This document shows positions 59,886 through 64,000 of a stretch of DNA of 64,000 nucleotides, in pieces. The position numbers and the translations under genes are program-made. Position 1 is the first letter of the stretch; every line of letters starts with the position of its first letter. Source of the stretch: Spirochaetota bacterium (lineage in GTDB: Bacteria; Spirochaetota; UBA12135; COTS27; CBDBHE01); contig CBDBHE010000006.1 in NCBI GenBank assembly GCA_965205605.1, forward strand, positions 96,001 to 160,000, given 5' to 3'. The notes beneath the pieces were generated by a model that was not told the origin of the DNA, did no database searches, and was given only the letters and a program-made list of their open reading frames with translations.

Positions 59886-60341
59886 TCAATGGTTATTATT
59901 TTCAATAAAGTAACGTAGAGCCATTTCGTAGCCATAGATTCCAAAGCCTGTTATAGTCCCGATAGCAATAGAGCTTAGATGGCTATGTTGTCGAAAAGAT
60001 TCTCGTTTGTAAATGTTGGTGATGTGAACTTCAATAAAAGGAACTTGAGTGGCAAGAAATGCATCATAAATAGCAATCGAAGTATGGGTATAAGCTCCAG
60101 CATTAATAATGCAACTATTCACATTTTTTTTTTTTTGAACAAAGTCAACGATTTCTCCTTCTGAATTACTTTGAAAAGAAACTAGATCAATTTGATTTTT
60201 TTTGGCAATGATTTTTAATTGGGTTAGTAGCTCTTTTAAGTTTACTTGACCATATTTTTTAACCTCTCTTTCTCCTAGGAGATTAAGGTTAGGGCCATTA
60301 ATTAAGGTGATTTTTTTAAAAGAATCTTTTTTGTTTCCCAT
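59886..60341 (-). CDS. aroQ: Type II 3-dehydroquinate dehydratase
   Basis: INGPNLNLLGERE...YG, QSNSEG, INAGAYTHTS and EVHITNIYKRESFR. Confidence 0.96.
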   Translation of the reverse strand: MGNKKDSFKKITLINGPNLNLLGEREVKKYGQVNLKELLTQLKIIAKKNQIDLVSFQSNSEGEIVDFVQKKKNVNSCIINAGAYTHTSIAIYDAFLATQVPFIEVHITNIYKRESFRQHSHLSSIAIGTITGFGIYGYEMALRYFIENNNH

Positions 60342-60358
60342 TTATCTTTATATCTTAC

Positions 60359-60712
60359 TTAATAAGGAAAATCTTTTGATAAAAGTTTTGTTATTATATT
60401 TTCATTAAAAAAGAAGTTAAAAAATTTTAATTTGGCTATTTTTTTTTCTTTTATTTTAACATAATGAAAAAAGCTTAAATAAAGGCTTAAAATAAGAATG
60501 AAGTTAATTTCATAACACAAATTAGCAAAATTTTCCATAAAAAAAGGAACAACATAATGAAAATAAAAAAAAGCTTGAGAAAAAATAGTATAACAAAAAA
60601 GGCAAAAACTAATTAAAAAAAAACCGACTACTTCTTTTTCTTTTGGCATAAAAGGGTAGATTAAAAAGTTAAAAATAGGCAAAAAAAGTAAATGATACTT
60701 AATCGGTTTCAT
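60359..60712 (-). CDS. Hypothetical small membrane protein
   Basis: 117-aa hydrophobic ORF filling the gap between tRNA-Ser and aroQ; no recognisable motif. Confidence 0.4.
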   Translation of the reverse strand: MKPIKYHLLFLPIFNFLIYPFMPKEKEVVGFFLISFCLFCYTIFSQAFFYFHYVVPFFMENFANLCYEINFILILSLYLSFFHYVKIKEKKIAKLKFFNFFFNENIITKLLSKDFPY

Positions 60713-60729
60713 CAGTAGGTTAAAGAAAT

Positions 60730-60817
60730 CGGAGAGAGAGGGATTCGAACCCTCGGTAGATTGTTCACCTACGACGATTTAGCAAACCGCTCCTTTAGAC
60801 CACTCAGGCATCTCTCC
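60730..60817 (-). tRNA. tRNA-Ser(GCT)
   Basis: Minus strand GGAGAGA...TCTCTCCG acceptor stem; anticodon arm GCGGT-TT-GCT-AA-ATCGT; long variable arm; GGTTCGAATCC; CCA not encoded. Confidence 0.95.
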
Positions 60818-60954
60818 TTTTATTAATTAGATTTTCTTCTGAAATATAAAAATTATCAACTTAATATTTTTTTTTATTGATAGATTTCAATTTTGTTTTT
60901 AGGTAAAATTAATTTTTAATTTGACGTTTTTTTTAGAAAAGGATACAATTTTTT

Positions 60955-61359
60955 ATGGTTAAATTAGGCTATATTATTACGTATGTCAGTGATGTTGAAG
61001 TAGCTATTTTATTTTTTGAAAGAGCGTTTGGTTTTAAAAAAAGATTTATGGATGAGTCAAGGACGTACGCAGAGATGGCTACAGGAGAGACAATTATTGG
61101 TTTTGCTAGCCATTCTTTAGGAAAAGACAACCTAGTAGAAGGTTATGTTGATGCGGGCAAGTCAAAGCTACCTTTGGGAATGGAGCTAGGATTAACTTGT
61201 GATGACCTTGAAATGACTCATAAAAAGGCAATTGAATGTGGAGCTGTAGAAATTAGCCCTCCTATAAAAAAGTCTTGGGGACAAATTGTTTCGTATCTTC
61301 GTTGTCCTTCAGGGCTTCTTTTAGAGCTTGGAGACGAAATGCAAACAAGTAAAGTTTAA
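60955..61359 (+). CDS. VOC/glyoxalase family protein
   Basis: YVSDV..A..FFE.AFG and A...GA....PP....WGQ.VSYLR.P.G.LLEL. Confidence 0.88.
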   Translation: MVKLGYIITYVSDVEVAILFFERAFGFKKRFMDESRTYAEMATGETIIGFASHSLGKDNLVEGYVDAGKSKLPLGMELGLTCDDLEMTHKKAIECGAVEISPPIKKSWGQIVSYLRCPSGLLLELGDEMQTSKV

Positions 61360-61377
61360 ACAAAAAAATTGGTCAAA

Positions 61378-62451
61378 TTAATTTTTATTTTTACAAATAG
61401 TGTAATGTAAGTACTCTATTGTTTTAGTTGATTTATAATTTCTTTTTTTGGCATGATCTGCTTTAAATCGAGAATGTTGTTGCTTAAAACAACCATAATC
61501 TCCCCTAAGACTCATAATTTTTTTGATGTCATCTAAAGCCATCAGACCTTCATTGTTGTAGCTTAAAAAAATATACTTAAAATCTGCATTTAAAATGAGA
61601 TCTTTAAAAACTTCTTTTACTTTTTTAACCTGACAATAAAGAGACTTTTCTTTAGAATAATCTCTTAAACCTGTTTTTCCATGTATTTTAGGATGGTCAT
61701 ATTTGGTGATGGTTTCTAATAAATGATAGTTGGCTCCGTATTGTCTTTGATTGTAAGGAGGATCGAGATATAAAACATCTCCTTTGATTTTTTTGATCAA
61801 TTGATTGGTGTCGCTATTAAAAATTTGATGTTTTTTTGAATTAATAATGAGTGCACTAGGTTTTAAAACTAAAGAATAAGAAGCTGATTTTTTTAGTTTT
61901 TTTAAAAAAGCTCCATAAACAGATGCCGTATTGGCATACTGGTCGATAGAATTAATTAAACTTGCAAGCAAAAAGTAATACTCATCTAAGTTAATTAATG
62001 TTTCATTCTTCCAATGTTCTATGGTTTGACGAATGGCATCACATTTCATGGCATTTTCTTTTGAAAAATAAAGTCTTTTATTATTTTTAGGAGACCCTTC
62101 AAAGCAATAATTTTGATAGATAAAGCCTTTAATATTTTTTACATGGCTGAGGTAGTTACAAACTATTTTTTTTCGATTTTCTATTACTTCATTTTTTAAT
62201 ATAGGAATAACACTTATGAGTTGATTAAAGAGAAGTTTTTTATTGTTTCCAATGAAATGCCTACTTAGAACGTAGCTATAATATTGGATATCATTTGCAA
62301 TAATAGAAAATCCTTTTTTTTTAAAATAAGCACCAACCACGCCTGTACCAGCGAATAAATCACAAAAAATAAGGGAGTCTTTGTTAATAATTTGAGTGAT
62401 AGAAGCATCTAAAAAAGGAAGGAGAGATTGTTTACTACCAATATAATTCAT
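61378..62451 (-). CDS. N6-adenine DNA methyltransferase (D12 class, M.HpyI/M.NlaIII-like); start corrected to ATG 62451
   Basis: [41 protein letters not shown] and FLSYNNEG. The longer predicted start overlaps a tRNA. Confidence 0.9.
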   Translation of the reverse strand: MNYIGSKQSLLPFLDASITQIINKDSLIFCDLFAGTGVVGAYFKKKGFSIIANDIQYYSYVLSRHFIGNNKKLLFNQLISVIPILKNEVIENRKKIVCNYLSHVKNIKGFIYQNYCFEGSPKNNKRLYFSKENAMKCDAIRQTIEHWKNETLINLDEYYFLLASLINSIDQYANTASVYGAFLKKLKKSASYSLVLKPSALIINSKKHQIFNSDTNQLIKKIKGDVLYLDPPYNQRQYGANYHLLETITKYDHPKIHGKTGLRDYSKEKSLYCQVKKVKEVFKDLILNADFKYIFLSYNNEGLMALDDIKKIMSLRGDYGCFKQQHSRFKADHAKKRNYKSTKTIEYLHYTICKNKN

Positions 62452-62484
62452 TGATTTGTTTAAAATAGAAGAGAATAAAAAAAT

Positions 62485-62569
62485 CGGAGAGACAGGGATT
62501 CGAACCCTGGGTACCTTTCGGTACAACGGTTTTCAAGACCGCCGCTTTCGACCACTCAGCCATCTCTCC
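62485..62569 (-). tRNA. tRNA-Ser(TGA)
   Basis: Minus strand GGAGAGA...TCTCTCCG; anticodon arm GCGGT-CT-TGA-AA-ACCGT; variable arm GTACCGAAAGGTAC; GGTTCGAATCC; CCA not encoded. Confidence 0.95.
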
Positions 62570-62633
62570 AATAAAAGAGAAGGTTGTATTATATAATAGC
62601 TTTATTAGTTTTTTAAATTAAAATTAAAAACAA

Positions 62634-62891
62634 TTATGGATCTTTTTTAAGGTTTGATTTTATTTTAAAAAAATTTTTATATTGATTGGATCCAAACCAA
62701 TTTGTCCAGCTTTTCCACCCTTTGTTTTGATAAAAGACATCTGGATTGCTCGGAATGTTAGAAGGTTTTTTCTCTTTGTTTTTTAGTTTTCCTTGAGAAT
62801 AATAAAACCAGTCTTTTCGAGTTTTAAGTTTAAGCTTCCAAACATATTTTTGTGCTTGCTTAAAGGAGAGAAAATTTTCTTTTGATGTCAT
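62634..62891 (-). CDS. Small protein made of a single integrase-repeat-like (INT_rpt) unit
   Basis: FLSF..A..YV.KL.LKT..DW......IPSNP..FY...GW.SW.NW.G; likely start at ATG 62891, overlapping the upstream stop (TGATG). Confidence 0.6.
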   Translation of the reverse strand: MTSKENFLSFKQAQKYVWKLKLKTRKDWFYYSQGKLKNKEKKPSNIPSNPDVFYQNKGWKSWTNWFGSNQYKNFFKIKSNLKKDP

Positions 62892-63235
62892 CAGTCTTGA
62901 GATTTGATTTGTTTTAAAAGGAGGAGGATATTTTTTTTGATGAGAAGCCACTCTTCTGAATTCAAAATTAATTGAAGATTTTTTTGAGATTTTTTTGTGT
63001 AATTACTTATGAGCGTATCAATGGTTTCAATAAGTTTTTTTTCTTGCTCATTAAAAAGAGCCTTAAAAATGAAGTCGTCTTTTAAATAAATATCTTCTTT
63101 CCAAAAATTGTGAATTTCTTTTGAATAATTTTTTGAAGGTAGGTTTATTAAATATTGATTTAATCTTTCTTTGGAAGATAAAAGCATTAAGTTTGATTTT
63201 ATTATTTCGGAAACATCTTTTTTTTTTATTTTCAT
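62891..63235 (-). CDS. Hypothetical protein (small, predicted helical)
   Basis: 114-aa ORF translationally coupled to the downstream ORF. Confidence 0.55.
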   Translation of the reverse strand: MKIKKKDVSEIIKSNLMLLSSKERLNQYLINLPSKNYSKEIHNFWKEDIYLKDDFIFKALFNEQEKKLIETIDTLISNYTKKSQKNLQLILNSEEWLLIKKNILLLLKQIKSQD

Positions 63236-63398
63236 GGATCAACTAAAAGCTTATTTTAATCCCATTTTTTATAAAATAAAGGTAAGATTCATTAAGAAAT
63301 TTAAACATAAAAAGTGTTTTTTTATTAATAACATCAATATTAAATGCTATAAACGGGTAAATGATTTTTTTTTAGAGTTTTAATTTTAAAAATTTTCA

Positions 63399-63983
63399 AT
63401 GTTTTTAATTGTTGGTCTTGGAAATCCTGGAAAAAAATATACATATACACGTCATAATATTGGCTTTTTAGTTATTGATCAATTAGTTTCTAGGCTTAAT
63501 ATAGAGAACTCTTTTAAAAAACATAAAGCAATTATTTTTGAAGGGATGCTTAATAAAGAGAAAATTCTTTTAGCTAAGCCGCAGACTTTTATGAATCTTT
63601 CTGGAAATTCGGTGATGCTTTTGAAACAATTTTATAAACTAGGATCTCATCAAGTACTTATTATTACAGATGATTATTATCAGCCATTTGGTTTTTTAAG
63701 AATACGTTCCAAAGGGTCTTCAGGGGGACATAATGGTTTGGAGTCGATTATCAAACACCTCAGTGAAGATTTTGTTCGTATTCGCTGTGGGGTTGGGAAT
63801 AATCAACAAAAAATCCCGATGGTTTCTTTTGTTTTAAATGACTTTACCTCTAAAGAAAAAAAAGATTTAAATGATTATTTAAAGGTTATTGTTGATTGTT
63901 TAATTTGTTGTCTTCAAGAGGATTTTAAAAAAGCTTCTAACACCTTTTCTAATAAGTATTTTATGGAGCTAACTTCCTTGTAA
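63399..63983 (+). CDS. pth: Peptidyl-tRNA hydrolase
   Basis: GLGNPG..Y..TRHNIGF, KPQTFMNLSG and GGHNGL.S. Confidence 0.96.
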   Translation: MFLIVGLGNPGKKYTYTRHNIGFLVIDQLVSRLNIENSFKKHKAIIFEGMLNKEKILLAKPQTFMNLSGNSVMLLKQFYKLGSHQVLIITDDYYQPFGFLRIRSKGSSGGHNGLESIIKHLSEDFVRIRCGVGNNQQKIPMVSFVLNDFTSKEKKDLNDYLKVIVDCLICCLQEDFKKASNTFSNKYFMELTSL

Positions 63984-64000
63984 TGATAAAAAAAATTGTG

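Noticed and set aside
62452-62526. N-terminal extension [14 protein letters not shown]... of the methyltransferase in the ORF track
   Set aside because: It is a translation of the tRNA-Ser(TGA) 3' half; the family start MNYIGSK is at 62451
62485-62569. tRNA-Sec or opal suppressor
   Set aside because: The anticodon is TGA (reads UCA, Ser), not TCA; it has a normal 7-bp acceptor stem and G discriminator
60730-63235. Prophage or integrative element at tRNA-Ser
   Set aside because: No integrase catalytic domain, phage genes or partial tRNA att duplication; both tRNAs are complete and have different anticodons

Overview
A very AT-rich, gene-dense bacterial chromosome segment in the standard genetic code. 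It is most likely from a spirochaete: short P115-type SMC, spirochaete-like RpoD N-terminus, dnaN-recF-DUF721, metX-metW, and spirochaetal-type lipoboxes. A GH95 fucosidase, a sulfatase and ArsS hint at a marine or alga-associated lifestyle. Most genes are housekeeping: fabG (partial), cysM, pstSCA, gatAB, metXW, metF, mnmA, rpoD, flgG, aat, pgk, gap, fbaA, sugar aminotransferases, dnaN, recF, ribD, smc, rodA, mrdA, mltD, ilvE, uvrB, tmk, aroQ, pth and two tRNA-Ser. No CRISPR array, rRNA, transposase or integrase was found. The most notable observations are: (1) an AhpD/CMD-ArsS-sulfatase-metF run suggesting arsenosugar(-sulfate) chemistry coupled to SAM supply; (2) a CoaD-CoaE fusion; (3) a GH95 fucosidase with a ~200-aa sugar-binding domain inserted in its N-terminal domain; (4) mnmA split by a +1 shift at CTT-AAA-G, either an assembly error or autoregulatory recoding; (5) several pseudo-enzymes (GGDEF with intact RxxD, alpha/beta hydrolase without Ser, M24 fold without metal ligands); (6) an orphan M.HpyI/M.NlaIII-like methyltransferase between two tRNA-Ser genes; (7) broken canonical operons (no pstB, gatC, dnaA/gyrB or flgH/I next to their usual partners). 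All family assignments come from motif recognition by eye; no database searches were run.
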